DNA of 64,000 nt from a virus: the IMG/VR virus record IMGVR_UViG_3300031566_000003. The stretch is one strand, 5' to 3'. Shown here piece after piece: positions 6,391 to 14,741 of this stretch; the first letter of the stretch is position 1; each line of letters opens with the position of its first letter. Made by a program: the position numbers and the translations under genes. The notes under the pieces are model-generated. The model saw only the letters and a program-made list of their open reading frames with translations, ran no database searches and had not been told where the DNA came from.

Positions 6391-6627
6391 CTACTTTATA
6401 AACCCATGTTTCTTCTTTAGATGATAGTAGCACAGGCCAGAAGGATCAGGCATAGTTGGATGGCCTATAGTCGCTAACTCTTTCTTATTATAATAGACAA
6501 CTGCTGGCTCGTTAGAAATAGCGGCCATTCTTACCGCACTACAATCATGATCTTTACAGGTTAACCCTAATCTTAAGTTCAGTTGAAATATTGTTTCTCT
6601 TACCTCTTCCACGTTTACCTCTTTCAT
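6391..6627 (-). CDS. hypothetical protein (78 aa)
   Basis: ATGA start/stop overlap with the upstream gene. Confidence 0.6.
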   Translation of the reverse strand: MKEVNVEEVRETIFQLNLRLGLTCKDHDCSAVRMAAISNEPAVVYYNKKELATIGHPTMPDPSGLCYYHLKKKHGFIK

Positions 6628-7040
6628 TTAAGTTCCCTCATCCAGGCTTCCCCTAACTTTACATCTAGGCCAGGCCTCATTACCTGTCTCAGTGTATCCC
6701 AATCTATATGCATAAGCTCTTTTACAAGTTGAGGGAAGAACCCAATCTCTTTCTGTTGAATTGTCGTGATCGTACGGCACTCAGTACAATCGTAAACTAC
6801 AAAGGCATGTTCATTTCCTACGACTAGCACTCCACCAGTATACGGCTCCCCGCAAGAACAGCGTTTCGCTTTAGCAACCTCATCGATTAAAGTTATCAAG
6901 ATCATAAATGTGTTCGTCTCTTTGTGCATTATAAATCGCATACACCCAGGCTTTTGTTTCCCTCCGTCTGTTATTAGTAGTCCCCATTCAATAAGGTCTA
7001 AGCCATCATCAATATTGTATTTTGCACCGTCCCTAAACAT
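6624..7040 (-). CDS. hypothetical Zn-ribbon-like protein, paralog of 18922-19311
   Basis: Shared MF.DG..Y, C.CGG...G.LVVG..FAFV..C..C and IDW blocks. Confidence 0.7.
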   Translation of the reverse strand: MFRDGAKYNIDDGLDLIEWGLLITDGGKQKPGCMRFIMHKETNTFMILITLIDEVAKAKRCSCGEPYTGGVLVVGNEHAFVVYDCTECRTITTIQQKEIGFFPQLVKELMHIDWDTLRQVMRPGLDVKLGEAWMRELK

Positions 7041-7054
7041 TTTTCTCCTTTCTA

Positions 7055-7540
7055 TTACTTAGCTTTTAGTTTACCTACATCACTCTTTAATACATAGGCT
7101 ACTGTCAGCGCACTCGCCAAAAAAGAACCCCAACCAAAATCACAGACTGGCACACCATTATGGTCTTCTGTCCTACCAAGAAAATAATGCCTATCATCTC
7201 CTACCGAAAAAGCTTCTGTAGTAGTAAGCTTATCGTGCCAATCAGTACCGAGCAAGTTAATATCTGCATCTCCATCATACGCACAAACAGCATCTTTTGG
7301 CATATTCTCAGTAAGCCAGTTAGCTATTTTCTTTTGATCAGCAGGGCTATTAATAGCCAACATAGATAACCAACTCCCAAGTTCCACATCATCTGAGAAG
7401 ACCTTGCCAAACTGTTCTGCTGAGGAAATATCCAAATTGGCAATCTCATCATCAATTGCCCCATATTCTTTAGCAAGCTCACGTAGGGTTTTTGCATCAC
7501 GTATTTTTTCTCTCTCTTCGCCTTTAGTTTCTTTTTTCAT
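7055..7540 (-). CDS. hypothetical protein (161 aa)
   Basis: Long ORF in the co-directional block. Confidence 0.65.
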   Translation of the reverse strand: MKKETKGEEREKIRDAKTLRELAKEYGAIDDEIANLDISSAEQFGKVFSDDVELGSWLSMLAINSPADQKKIANWLTENMPKDAVCAYDGDADINLLGTDWHDKLTTTEAFSVGDDRHYFLGRTEDHNGVPVCDFGWGSFLASALTVAYVLKSDVGKLKAK

Positions 7541-7703
7541 TTGAGTACCCCTTTTTTCTAAGGATTATATCTCCATTACGCTTTTCAGTTACAACCGTCT
7601 CAGTGACGATTTCCTGATAAGACAAGCGCTTACTCTCTTGCGATAAGCTTTGCATGGGTAATTGCTTTTTAATCTTTTTAAGTTTTTTTTGCCAATCTTG
7701 CAT
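7524..7703 (-). CDS. hypothetical basic protein (59 aa, below the ORF-track cutoff)
   Basis: Hand-translated MQDWQKKLKKIKK...; G-rich SD; sits downstream of the promoter at 7738-7766; 17-nt overlap with the next gene. Confidence 0.45.
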   Translation of the reverse strand: MQDWQKKLKKIKKQLPMQSLSQESKRLSYQEIVTETVVTEKRNGDIILRKKGYSNEKRN

Positions 7704-7737
7704 CTCCTCGCCCCCTTATATTGCCTTTTTTTGTTTT

Positions 7738-7766
7738 AGTATATAAGGTATTAGGGGTGAGTGCAA
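7738..7766 (-). promoter_or_regulatory. sigma70-like promoter TTGCAC-17-TATACT
   Basis: -35 at 7761-7766 and -10 at 7738-7743. Confidence 0.55.
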
Positions 7767-7800
7767 CTTCTTTTTTTAGTCTTTTAAATCTTTTTTATCC

Positions 7801-7821
7801 TTAGTCTAAAGAGCTTTAGTC
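7801..7821. promoter_or_regulatory. upstream element TTAGTCTAAAGAGCTTTAGTC, 35 nt beyond the -35
   Basis: Near-identical element at 12074-12094, at the same distance (34 nt) from another promoter. Confidence 0.5.
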
Positions 7822-7974
7822 TCTCGGAAATCGACTAAAGACCTGAAGAGGCAATATCTTAAAGTTATGATCAAGACACATGCGTTCAATACTATCTGGC
7901 TCGAAGTAAGAAAAGAGATCTTCTGACATAATAAGTTCGTAAGGCAATCAATCCGCCTTACGTTCTGGTTACTG

Positions 7975-8535
7975 TTATATCAACGTATGCTTATTAAACC
8001 AGGCAATTAGTCTTTCCCGATGCTTGAGCCACCCAGGTCGGTTCTTTAAGAATTTAATATCATTTTGGAAGGCTTTATCTATCTTGGATGGGGTAGCTTT
8101 AAACTTTTGCAAAAGCTTTGTGGAATATTCCTTACTCCATGTAGCATACTTCATTACTTCTTCGTTAACAGCTTCAAGGCCAGTGCCGCTTTCAAACGCT
8201 GCCAATTCTGTTTTATTAACTTCACTTAGAAGATGATTCCTCGCCCAGTCCTGGAGATGCCGCTTACGGTTATTCAGGAGAAGGGCTGCATACTTTTCTA
8301 CTGAAAGAGTTTCAAGTCGCTGAGCCTTGAGGAACTCGCGCCAAATATACATTCCCTCATAGCGTTTTAAACTCATATCCATCCACTTGAAAAGATAGTA
8401 AGTGGATAGCGCCTTCGCATCATCTGCGGTTACAGTCACAACCTTTGCATTCTCATAGATTTTTTTAAGATGTGCAAGCCGTATCGGCCCAACCTTATTT
8501 CTGCCATGATTCGCAAAACTGTTTCCTAAACTCAT
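7975..8535 (-). CDS. hypothetical protein, paralog of 8625-9197
   Basis: Shared SFA..GRN..G, DAKALSTYYLF.WMD and K..PGW..H..RLI..FN blocks. The ATG at 8535 follows GGAGG. Confidence 0.75.
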   Translation of the reverse strand: MSLGNSFANHGRNKVGPIRLAHLKKIYENAKVVTVTADDAKALSTYYLFKWMDMSLKRYEGMYIWREFLKAQRLETLSVEKYAALLLNNRKRHLQDWARNHLLSEVNKTELAAFESGTGLEAVNEEVMKYATWSKEYSTKLLQKFKATPSKIDKAFQNDIKFLKNRPGWLKHRERLIAWFNKHTLI

Positions 8536-8580
8536 CTTTGTTACCTCCATTATTAAATTACCTTTTTAAAAGGCAAATAC

Positions 8581-8609
8581 AGCATACTACATAGAGCTAT
8601 AGAAAGCAA
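8581..8609 (-). promoter_or_regulatory. sigma70-like promoter TTGCTT-17-TATGCT
   Basis: -35 at 8604-8609, -10 at 8581-8586, A/T-tract upstream. Confidence 0.55.
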
Positions 8610-8624
8610 GCTTTTTTAATGCTT

Positions 8625-9197
8625 TTAATGCTTTTTAGATAGGCTTACATACTCATTAAAGTATTTAATTAATCTGTCATAATGAGTCTGCCAGCCAGGG
8701 TTTTTCTTTAAGAAAAGGAGATCGTCCCGAATCTTTACCTCAATCATATCGGGATTCTCATGCATTTCCTGTAACATTTCTCTGGCCCATGTCTTTCGGC
8801 CTTGGGCTATTGCTTCATATTTATCCCGCATTCTACCTCGGCCTTCTGCTGTTTCCGTTTCAGAAAGTTCGGCCTTACGCGTCTCTGTTAGGCAGTCTAT
8901 TTCTTTAGCTCGCTCAAGCTGCCCTGTTCTTATCTTCCGTAAGTACTCTGCATCTGCCATGAGTGAAATCCCAATAAGCCGAATAGCATTAAGATGTTTC
9001 TTGAGCCTCAGAATCCCACCAAAATACTTCAGGTTCCCATCCATCCACCTGAAGAGATAGTAAGTTGATAGGGCCTTAGCATCTTCTTCGTTTTCCGTTA
9101 TTCCCTTCGCAATCTCAAAGGCTGCGAACAGATATTTCTTTCGTCTTGCTCCAATCCTATTCCTTCCCAGTTTCGCAAAGCTTTTTTCTATACTCAC
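8625..9197 (-). CDS. hypothetical protein, paralog of 7975-8535
   Basis: See 7975-8535. Confidence 0.75.
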   Translation of the reverse strand: MSIEKSFAKLGRNRIGARRKKYLFAAFEIAKGITENEEDAKALSTYYLFRWMDGNLKYFGGILRLKKHLNAIRLIGISLMADAEYLRKIRTGQLERAKEIDCLTETRKAELSETETAEGRGRMRDKYEAIAQGRKTWAREMLQEMHENPDMIEVKIRDDLLFLKKNPGWQTHYDRLIKYFNEYVSLSKKH

Positions 9198-9226
9198 TTT
9201 TCTATCCTCCTACTATTTTCTATCCT

Positions 9227-9430
9227 TTATGGCCTTACTCCTATTAGTTGAAACACAAAGAAATCATCATCCATCGCATCACGGTTAAGGTATGCTTCAT
9301 CAATTACAACTCGGTGAGTACTTGGATCACGATCCTGAAACCATCCAGGGTCAGGGTGCTTAAGTAAAAGTTCTTTCAATTGTTCATAAGACTGATTATG
9401 AATATTAATCTCTACCATTACCTTTGCCAT
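9227..9430 (-). CDS. hypothetical protein (67 aa)
   Basis: TAATG junction with the upstream gene. Confidence 0.55.
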   Translation of the reverse strand: MAKVMVEINIHNQSYEQLKELLLKHPDPGWFQDRDPSTHRVVIDEAYLNRDAMDDDFFVFQLIGVRP

Positions 9431-9726
9431 TACTTTCCTCCTTCTTTGTGATATTTACCACTTTGTACTGATTGGATTAGAGCCGTAAAAACTACTTGGT
9501 GATCCTCAAGAGAATTAATTTTCACATAAGTTATTATATAATCCTCTTCGTGGCAAATTTCAATATCTGGCTTCAATTTCCTAATATCTGCTATAATAGT
9601 CGCGACTTCAGATTCATCAAACCCATTTTCATCGGCTGGATAATATTCATCCGGAATCTCCACCTCTTCGGCTCCTACCTCAAAAACTTCCTTTATCTCT
9701 TCCCATGATTTAAGTATCTCTGCCAT
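9430..9726 (-). CDS. hypothetical acidic protein (98 aa)
   Basis: Packed co-directional ORF. Confidence 0.6.
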   Translation of the reverse strand: MAEILKSWEEIKEVFEVGAEEVEIPDEYYPADENGFDESEVATIIADIRKLKPDIEICHEEDYIITYVKINSLEDHQVVFTALIQSVQSGKYHKEGGK

Positions 9727-9738
9727 TTTTCCCTCCTT

Positions 9739-9912
9739 CTAGAGTTCCTTTCCATCTTTGTCAAAGATTCTAACATAAGCCTGAATACCATAAGTGAGTT
9801 GATGAGCCGCCCCGCACTTTGGACAAATTAGGCTCGTAATTGCAACGTTCCTATCGCTCATAATTAAGGTCGCCTTACGAAAATATAGATCCTCACCACA
9901 TATACATTCCAT
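9739..9912 (-). CDS. hypothetical Zn-ribbon protein (57 aa, below the ORF-track cutoff)
   Basis: Hand-translated MECICGEDLYF...CPKCGAAH...; GGAGAGG SD. Confidence 0.5.
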   Translation of the reverse strand: MECICGEDLYFRKATLIMSDRNVAITSLICPKCGAAHQLTYGIQAYVRIFDKDGKEL

Positions 9913-9933
9913 TTTCCTCTCCTTTAGTTTTTC

Positions 9934-10305
9934 TTATTTTAGGTCAAACAAATATTCACCACAATGACAGAAAAACTTTTCACCGCTAACTAGATTAACT
10001 AGGTGTACTCTTTTCCCTGATAGTGTTTTATAATCTTCGCCACTTTGTTCCCCACAGGTATCTTGGGGAAAGAATAACCCACATCCTGGACACCAGAATC
10101 CACTACCCCCACAATTCTGTTTATGCTTTTCCTTGATTGATTCAGTATTTTCCTTGGCACACTTTTCGTGCGTCTCTCCGCAAAAAGCACACATCGCTTT
10201 TTCATCCAGTGTTCCTGGCGTACAATGACTCCTAAGCCACCATGTTTTATCATCTTTTGGCTTCTGATCCCAGTTTGCTTTAGTACGGTAGGTCTCTAGT
10301 TTCAT
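9934..10305 (-). CDS. hypothetical Cys-rich protein (123 aa)
   Basis: Multiple CxxC pairs; packed ORF. Confidence 0.65.
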   Translation of the reverse strand: MKLETYRTKANWDQKPKDDKTWWLRSHCTPGTLDEKAMCAFCGETHEKCAKENTESIKEKHKQNCGGSGFWCPGCGLFFPQDTCGEQSGEDYKTLSGKRVHLVNLVSGEKFFCHCGEYLFDLK

Positions 10306-10321
10306 TCAACTCCCTCCTTTA

Positions 10322-10822
10322 TTATTTCTTATTCTCTTCTACAAACTTTTTAATACAGGCTAAAGCTTCTTCTCTAGAACCAATATCCATGTTGTATATA
10401 TTTATCGCTCCTTCTATGTAATAAATATACATCTTACCGTCTGCTGAACGAAGCGCAGGATCTAGTAACTCCTCATCTGAATCATAGCCTCCAGAACCAG
10501 TCCCATCAAGTCTAAACACATACTCTTCTTCCGATATCTGGATGTTGCCCATGCAAGCCATTGGATTTACAAGAATATCTTTTACATTTAGAGACAATAG
10601 TCTTTCAGAGAAGTTTATCTCTGCGATAGGGCATTCATTATCCCAATACCATATCAGCCCACTATCGTAAGAAGGGCCGAAATCTTTTGGGTTAATTCCA
10701 AACTTCTTTGTGTATAAGGTAAAAGCATCTCCATAATCACCTGCCGGTGGTCCCCACAACTTGAGTCCCCCAATCAGGCTTGCCTTTACTATCTCCTCTT
10801 TATTCAATTCGGCGCTTTCCAT
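10322..10822 (-). CDS. hypothetical protein, paralog of 10800-11345
   Basis: Shared VKASLI.GLKLWG, KKFGIN.KDF, WYWD and YVF..DGTG blocks. Confidence 0.75.
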   Translation of the reverse strand: MESAELNKEEIVKASLIGGLKLWGPPAGDYGDAFTLYTKKFGINPKDFGPSYDSGLIWYWDNECPIAEINFSERLLSLNVKDILVNPMACMGNIQISEEEYVFRLDGTGSGGYDSDEELLDPALRSADGKMYIYYIEGAINIYNMDIGSREEALACIKKFVEENKK

Positions 10823-11345
10823 TCAGTTCTCCTTTCGTCTCTATTAACTTTTTCACAAACACATTCGCTTCTTCCATTGTTTTAATATCCATAGTATATA
10901 TGGAGATCAATCCTTCTGCCCAATATGTATAAAGCTTACCATCTGTCCAGCGCAGGGTAGGCTCCAACAAACAGTCCTCTGTTGAAAAACCTGTGAAGCC
11001 AGTACCATCAGGCCAGAACACATATTCAAAGCTATCCACCATAGAATTGCCCATACACTCCTCAAGATCTTCAAAACCCACAGCCTCGCTCTGGGCATAT
11101 ATTCTTTCTGAGAATTTCTTCTCTTCAATGCCATACCGCCCTTTCTCATCCCAATACCAACACAAGCCGCTATCCATCATTCCTTTTTTAACTGGCCTAA
11201 AATCTTTAAGATTAATGCCAAATTTCTTGGCATAGTCTTGGATTTTAGTATCCTGTTGTCGCATCCGCGTGTTCGGTAGTCCCCATAGCTTTAATCCTGC
11301 AATCAAGCTTGCCTTTACCAATTCCGTCCTTGTTTTCTCATCCAT
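10800..11345 (-). CDS. hypothetical protein, paralog of 10322-10822
   Basis: See 10322-10822. Confidence 0.75.
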   Translation of the reverse strand: MDEKTRTELVKASLIAGLKLWGLPNTRMRQQDTKIQDYAKKFGINLKDFRPVKKGMMDSGLCWYWDEKGRYGIEEKKFSERIYAQSEAVGFEDLEECMGNSMVDSFEYVFWPDGTGFTGFSTEDCLLEPTLRWTDGKLYTYWAEGLISIYTMDIKTMEEANVFVKKLIETKGELNGKRRIE

Positions 11346-11357
11346 GTCCTTGTCTCC

Positions 11358-11564
11358 TTAGTCCTTTCTTCTCTTAGAAAGTCCACCGTCCGCAATTGCT
11401 CTCCAAATTCTAGTCTGCTCTTTTTCTTGGGCCTTGTTGATCTCGCGGGCTAACTCCTCTTTCCTGACCCCCTCTCTTTTCAAGATCCCAAGTTCCTTAG
11501 CCTTTACAATCAGCCAGTCTAAGCGAAACTTCATCAGCAACTTTACTCCAGGTTCTGTCTTCAT
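11358..11564 (-). CDS. hypothetical protein (68 aa)
   Basis: Packed ORF; stop abuts the next start. Confidence 0.55.
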   Translation of the reverse strand: MKTEPGVKLLMKFRLDWLIVKAKELGILKREGVRKEELAREINKAQEKEQTRIWRAIADGGLSKRRKD

Positions 11565-11962
11565 TACTTTCCCTTTTCTTGTTTATATTTATCTATAAAG
11601 TCAATCATTTCTTTCCACTTGCGCAGCGATTCCTCGTTCATAAAGGGAAATGCTTTTGAAATCGCCTTACTATCAGTCATTAAAGCAAGCACATCCCTCA
11701 TCTCTTGTACATAGGGGGGTTTACAATTCACTCTACCCGGAAAGCCAATTCGCCCATTCATATATCCATTTAGCAAAGAACAAGCAACGGCCTTTCCTAA
11801 CTCAGTAGGAACACTTGATTTACTGACCGCAAAATAGACTTCAGCAAACCTTTTAGACCGACCACCGAAATACACTTGGAGACTCTTTGTCCTACTGGAC
11901 ATTGTTGTCTCCATCCCCGACTTCTCAATCAACTCATCTAATTCTTTTTTTGTAAATTCCAT
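11564..11962 (-). CDS. hypothetical protein, paralog of 21196-21579
   Basis: Shared VYFGG.S, CSLLNGYMNGR and D.IDKYK-like blocks. Confidence 0.75.
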   Translation of the reverse strand: MEFTKKELDELIEKSGMETTMSSRTKSLQVYFGGRSKRFAEVYFAVSKSSVPTELGKAVACSLLNGYMNGRIGFPGRVNCKPPYVQEMRDVLALMTDSKAISKAFPFMNEESLRKWKEMIDFIDKYKQEKGK

Positions 11963-12011
11963 TGCCTTACCTCCTTCTATTATTAATTACCTTTATTAAG
12001 TATTGCACATA

Positions 12012-12040
12012 ATAGTAATACATAGAGCTATGGAATACAA
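12012..12040 (-). promoter_or_regulatory. sigma70-like promoter TTGTAT-17-TACTAT
   Basis: -35 at 12035-12040, -10 at 12012-12017, A-tract upstream. Confidence 0.55.
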
Positions 12041-12073
12041 GCTTTTTTAAAGCATTTTAAATCTTTTTTTTCT

Positions 12074-12094
12074 TTAGTCCAAAGACTCCTAGTC
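12074..12094. promoter_or_regulatory. upstream element TTAGTCCAAAGACTCCTAGTC
   Basis: Counterpart of 7801-7821 at the same spacing from the -35. Confidence 0.5.
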
Positions 12095-12235
12095 CTTTTT
12101 GATTTCATTTTCAAAGAATCATTTTAAGCGTTCGGTCTTTTAGAGGCTCGACCCCAGAAAAAAAACATATACATAGAAAGTCGGTTTCGTTAGGGGGTAG
12201 GCGGATTACCCCTTTTTAAGATCTTCCTTCGACAT

Positions 12236-12388
12236 TCACTTTAGGATTCCAAACCTAGTCAAAATCTGGATACATCCATATAGCCAAGGGATAGCGAGTA
12301 GAAGAAAAGCTATACCTGCACCAACAACGACTATAAGGGTAAAGGATCCAGCATTCCTTCTTTTCTTTTCAAGTTCCCATTCTTTCAT
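12236..12388 (-). CDS. small single-pass membrane protein (50 aa, below the ORF-track cutoff)
   Basis: Hand-translated MKEWELEKKRRNAGSFTLIVVVGAGIAFLLLAIPWLYG...; TAAcATG coupling to the upstream gene. Confidence 0.5.
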   Translation of the reverse strand: MKEWELEKKRRNAGSFTLIVVVGAGIAFLLLAIPWLYGCIQILTRFGILK

Positions 12389-12389
12389 G

Positions 12390-12704
12390 TTACCACCCAT
12401 AATTGATAAAGGGTAAACAGATTGTCTTTAGTTCAACACTATCTCGAATTTCTGTAGGTAATCCATACAGGACTTTTGCAGCTTCTTTATCTCCTCCGTG
12501 AATTAGCGCACGGTCAGCATCTAAACAAACTTCCCATACTTCGTCTCTTAACATTACTCTTGATTCGTCCATTTCTCCTTCCTCATCAACCAGACAATCA
12601 GCTCCTATATAGTTCCAAGTTGCATTTATCATCCTAGTTATTCGTTCCATCATTTCCTTGCCAACCTTCTCCAGAAGGTATGTGTCAATCTCTTCTTTTT
12701 TCAT
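12390..12704 (-). CDS. hypothetical acidic protein (104 aa from the ATG at 12704)
   Basis: GGAGGGG SD before 12704. Confidence 0.6.
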   Translation of the reverse strand: MKKEEIDTYLLEKVGKEMMERITRMINATWNYIGADCLVDEEGEMDESRVMLRDEVWEVCLDADRALIHGGDKEAAKVLYGLPTEIRDSVELKTICLPFINYGW

Positions 12705-12776
12705 GACCCCTCCAAAAAATAATTTAAGGGCAAAATAGGGCAATAGGGCAACTAAAAGACCCTAGCCAGACTGCCT

Positions 12777-12829
12777 CAGACGGCCCACACTGCATTCTTT
12801 TAAGGCAAGGCATAACCAACTACCACCCC
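12777..12829. repeat. GC-rich conserved intergenic element, copy 1 (CAGACGGCCCACACTGCA...GGCAAGGCATAACC)
   Basis: The first 13 nt are identical to 31999-32011. A related copy lies at 31869-31918. The element sits 70-125 nt upstream of the ATG at 12704. Confidence 0.75.
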
Positions 12830-12832
12830 ATT

Positions 12833-13123
12833 TTAATAGACTAGATTTATTTCCTCTAATTTGACAAGATACTCACCCATTCTGCATGGGTTACTTAGGT
12901 CTTCTTCAATTTGGGTATGAGCTGCGCAAGGGGTTTCTTTATACCAAGGATAATCATGGATTGCACAACTATATTCTCCAACCTTATTTCCTACGAGATG
13001 CTTACATCGCGTTCCATCTCCCCTGTAGAGTATAAAGTTGTCTAAATCTATTCCTTTTTCGGGATCATCCACAACCGCCACCATCATATACATACAACAA
13101 TATCCACAGCGTAGACAGATCAT
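12833..13123 (-). CDS. YkgJ/UPF0153-like Cys-cluster protein
   Basis: N-terminal CLRCGYCC motif. Confidence 0.6.
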   Translation of the reverse strand: MICLRCGYCCMYMMVAVVDDPEKGIDLDNFILYRGDGTRCKHLVGNKVGEYSCAIHDYPWYKETPCAAHTQIEEDLSNPCRMGEYLVKLEEINLVY

Positions 13124-13133
13124 CTTTCACCTC

Positions 13134-13187
13134 TATAAAAGAAAAGCGCACCTCCTATCCTTAATACTTTGGATAAGAGATGCGCTT
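13134..13187 (-). terminator. strong intrinsic terminator after 13215-13694
   Basis: 17-bp hairpin (AAGCGCAUCUCUUAUCC with GGAUAGGAGGUGCGCUU), followed by TTTCTTTT. Confidence 0.8.
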
Positions 13188-13214
13188 GGTAAGGGGGTTT
13201 TCACGGCCTAAGAT

Positions 13215-13694
13215 CTACGCGGGAACAACCACTTCGCTGACCTTGGGTGCTGTCTTGGGGGCTTTCTCCTTCTTGATCCGTTTCTTCTTAGAAACTGGAG
13301 AAGGGCCACCGACAAACCCTAGAATACGAGCGGCGGTTTTTGTTACCTTCTTGATCTCTTCTGCGGTAAGGTCGGCAACGCGAATGGCAAAATAGCTCTT
13401 GCCCTTTTGGGGAACAATGAGCTTATCTCCAAACCCTGCCTCTTTCAGCTCGTCCGCAATGCCGTTGACTACGAGCATGTTGTTAGTGTTAAAGAACCCG
13501 AGCGCGTTTTTGCCCTTCTTGGAGACAAAGTGCGCTCCGTAAGAAGGTGCATACTGGAGCTTGAGTCCGTCTGGGACTGGTCCCGCATTCAGGACATCCC
13601 ATACGATCTGGCTTGCCTTGCACGTTTCGTGCGGCCCCTTCATAATGTCGGTAGCCTGTCCATCTTTGGACATGAATGTGAATTTTGCTGTCAT
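13215..13694 (-). CDS. hypothetical protein with a Lys/Pro/Ala-rich H1-like C-terminal tail (159 aa from the ATG at 13694)
   Basis: GGGAGG SD before 13694. Consensus promoter and strong terminator. Tail is SPVSKKKRIKKEKAPKTAPK. Confidence 0.75.
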   Translation of the reverse strand: MTAKFTFMSKDGQATDIMKGPHETCKASQIVWDVLNAGPVPDGLKLQYAPSYGAHFVSKKGKNALGFFNTNNMLVVNGIADELKEAGFGDKLIVPQKGKSYFAIRVADLTAEEIKKVTKTAARILGFVGGPSPVSKKKRIKKEKAPKTAPKVSEVVVPA

Positions 13695-13809
13695 GGCAAA
13701 TTCCTCCCTTTCTTTTATCCGGTCTTGATTGACCATTTTTTTACTTCCCTCCATCCTACTTTCTTCACCCCCTTTCCGTCAACTTAAAACCTTATTTAAT
13801 GTTAACCCC

Positions 13810-13838
13810 ATTATAAAGTTCAGATTCCGAGATTGCAA
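13810..13838 (-). promoter_or_regulatory. consensus sigma70-like promoter TTGCAA-17-TATAAT
   Basis: -35 at 13833-13838, -10 at 13810-13815, T/A-tracts upstream. Confidence 0.7.
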
Positions 13839-13936
13839 GCATTTTTTTTGCTTTTTTTGCCCTTTTTATGTCTGTCACTTCAATTTTTAAACTCACCACA
13901 TTATATATAATAAGCGCTTTTTTGCCCAAATCTTTC

Positions 13937-14431
13937 CTATAAACTACGCCTTTTAGGATCTATAAACCAATACCTTCCTAATGCTGTCAATATTCCTTCT
14001 TCAGTAAGAGCTACAGGAGAACCTAACATATTTCTTACATCGTATAGTCCATACTGATTCAGCTTCCATCCTCTTTTCTTTGCATCTGACCGACAAAAGA
14101 TATTAAACATCTTAGAACCTGTAAAGTGCAGCATCATTGGCTCAATCTCTTCTGGCCGAGAGAACATGAAATCTATCTGCATTCCGCTTTTAGTTTGCAT
14201 GTAAATGAGCGCCGGTCCACTGGAAAGAACTTCACTGGCGACCTTAGTTACGCTATTCACAAACTCATCTATGCTACTCACAACCACCACCACATCTAAA
14301 TCATGCACCTCATCACATTTTCTGCGATAACTGCCACATACCTCCATTCTGGAATATCCTTTCAATTCAGGCAGAACTTCTTTCCAGATTGCTTCTGCCT
14401 CTGCTCGGGGCCATAGTTTTTCTTTTGGCAT
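13937..14431 (-). CDS. minimal family-X DNA polymerase (Pol beta-like palm plus thumb only, 164 aa)
   Basis: GSYRRKCDEVHDLDVVVV (GS[FY]RR...hDhD), QIDFMF (third Asp) and HFTGSKMFN...AKKRGWKLNQYGL (cf. Pol beta YFTGS..FN...A...G..lNeY). AAGGAGGAG SD before 14431. Confidence 0.75.
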   Translation of the reverse strand: MPKEKLWPRAEAEAIWKEVLPELKGYSRMEVCGSYRRKCDEVHDLDVVVVVSSIDEFVNSVTKVASEVLSSGPALIYMQTKSGMQIDFMFSRPEEIEPMMLHFTGSKMFNIFCRSDAKKRGWKLNQYGLYDVRNMLGSPVALTEEGILTALGRYWFIDPKRRSL

Positions 14432-14441
14432 CTTCTCCTCC

Positions 14442-14624
14442 TTAAGCCTTGAAATAGACAAGCGGACGACTGCTTATTACGACTCCGCTTTCATAATCGT
14501 ATAGCTCTATTTCTCCAGTCTTAAAGTTCATCCTTATTTCTGTCGTATCCAGATTATCTTGTTGACCTTTTGCCCATTCTGCAAGCTCAACTATGATAGA
14601 GGTATAAATTGTTATGTCTGGCAT
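14442..14624 (-). CDS. hypothetical protein (60 aa)
   Basis: Packed ORF downstream of the promoter at 14663-14691. Confidence 0.55.
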   Translation of the reverse strand: MPDITIYTSIIVELAEWAKGQQDNLDTTEIRMNFKTGEIELYDYESGVVISSRPLVYFKA

Positions 14625-14662
14625 TTTCTTCTCCTTACTTTGTACCTTTTATATTATAGGCA

Positions 14663-14691
14663 AGTATACCCCAAGGATTCTAAGAAAACAA
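14663..14691 (-). promoter_or_regulatory. sigma70-like promoter TTGTTT-17-TATACT
   Basis: -35 at 14686-14691, -10 at 14663-14668, long T/A tract upstream. Confidence 0.55.
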
Positions 14692-14741
14692 GCTTTTTTT
14701 TTGTTTTTTATGCTTTTTTTTTGCTCTCTTGTTCACCTACC

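Noticed and set aside
6624-6627. Genome-wide TGA reassignment (code 4 or 25), prompted by the in-frame TGA in the DUF4326 gene.
   Set aside because: TGA terminates many well-supported genes, often in ATGA start/stop overlaps. Examples are 6624, 12236, 14742, 15224, 17403, 18922, 19412 and 41722. Reading through them generally hits another stop within a few codons. TAA and TAG are also used, so the code looks standard.
13180-13787. Plus-strand ORFs 13180-13395 and 13407-13787.
   Set aside because: They are antisense to a gene that has a consensus promoter, a strong SD and a terminator. There is no independent support.
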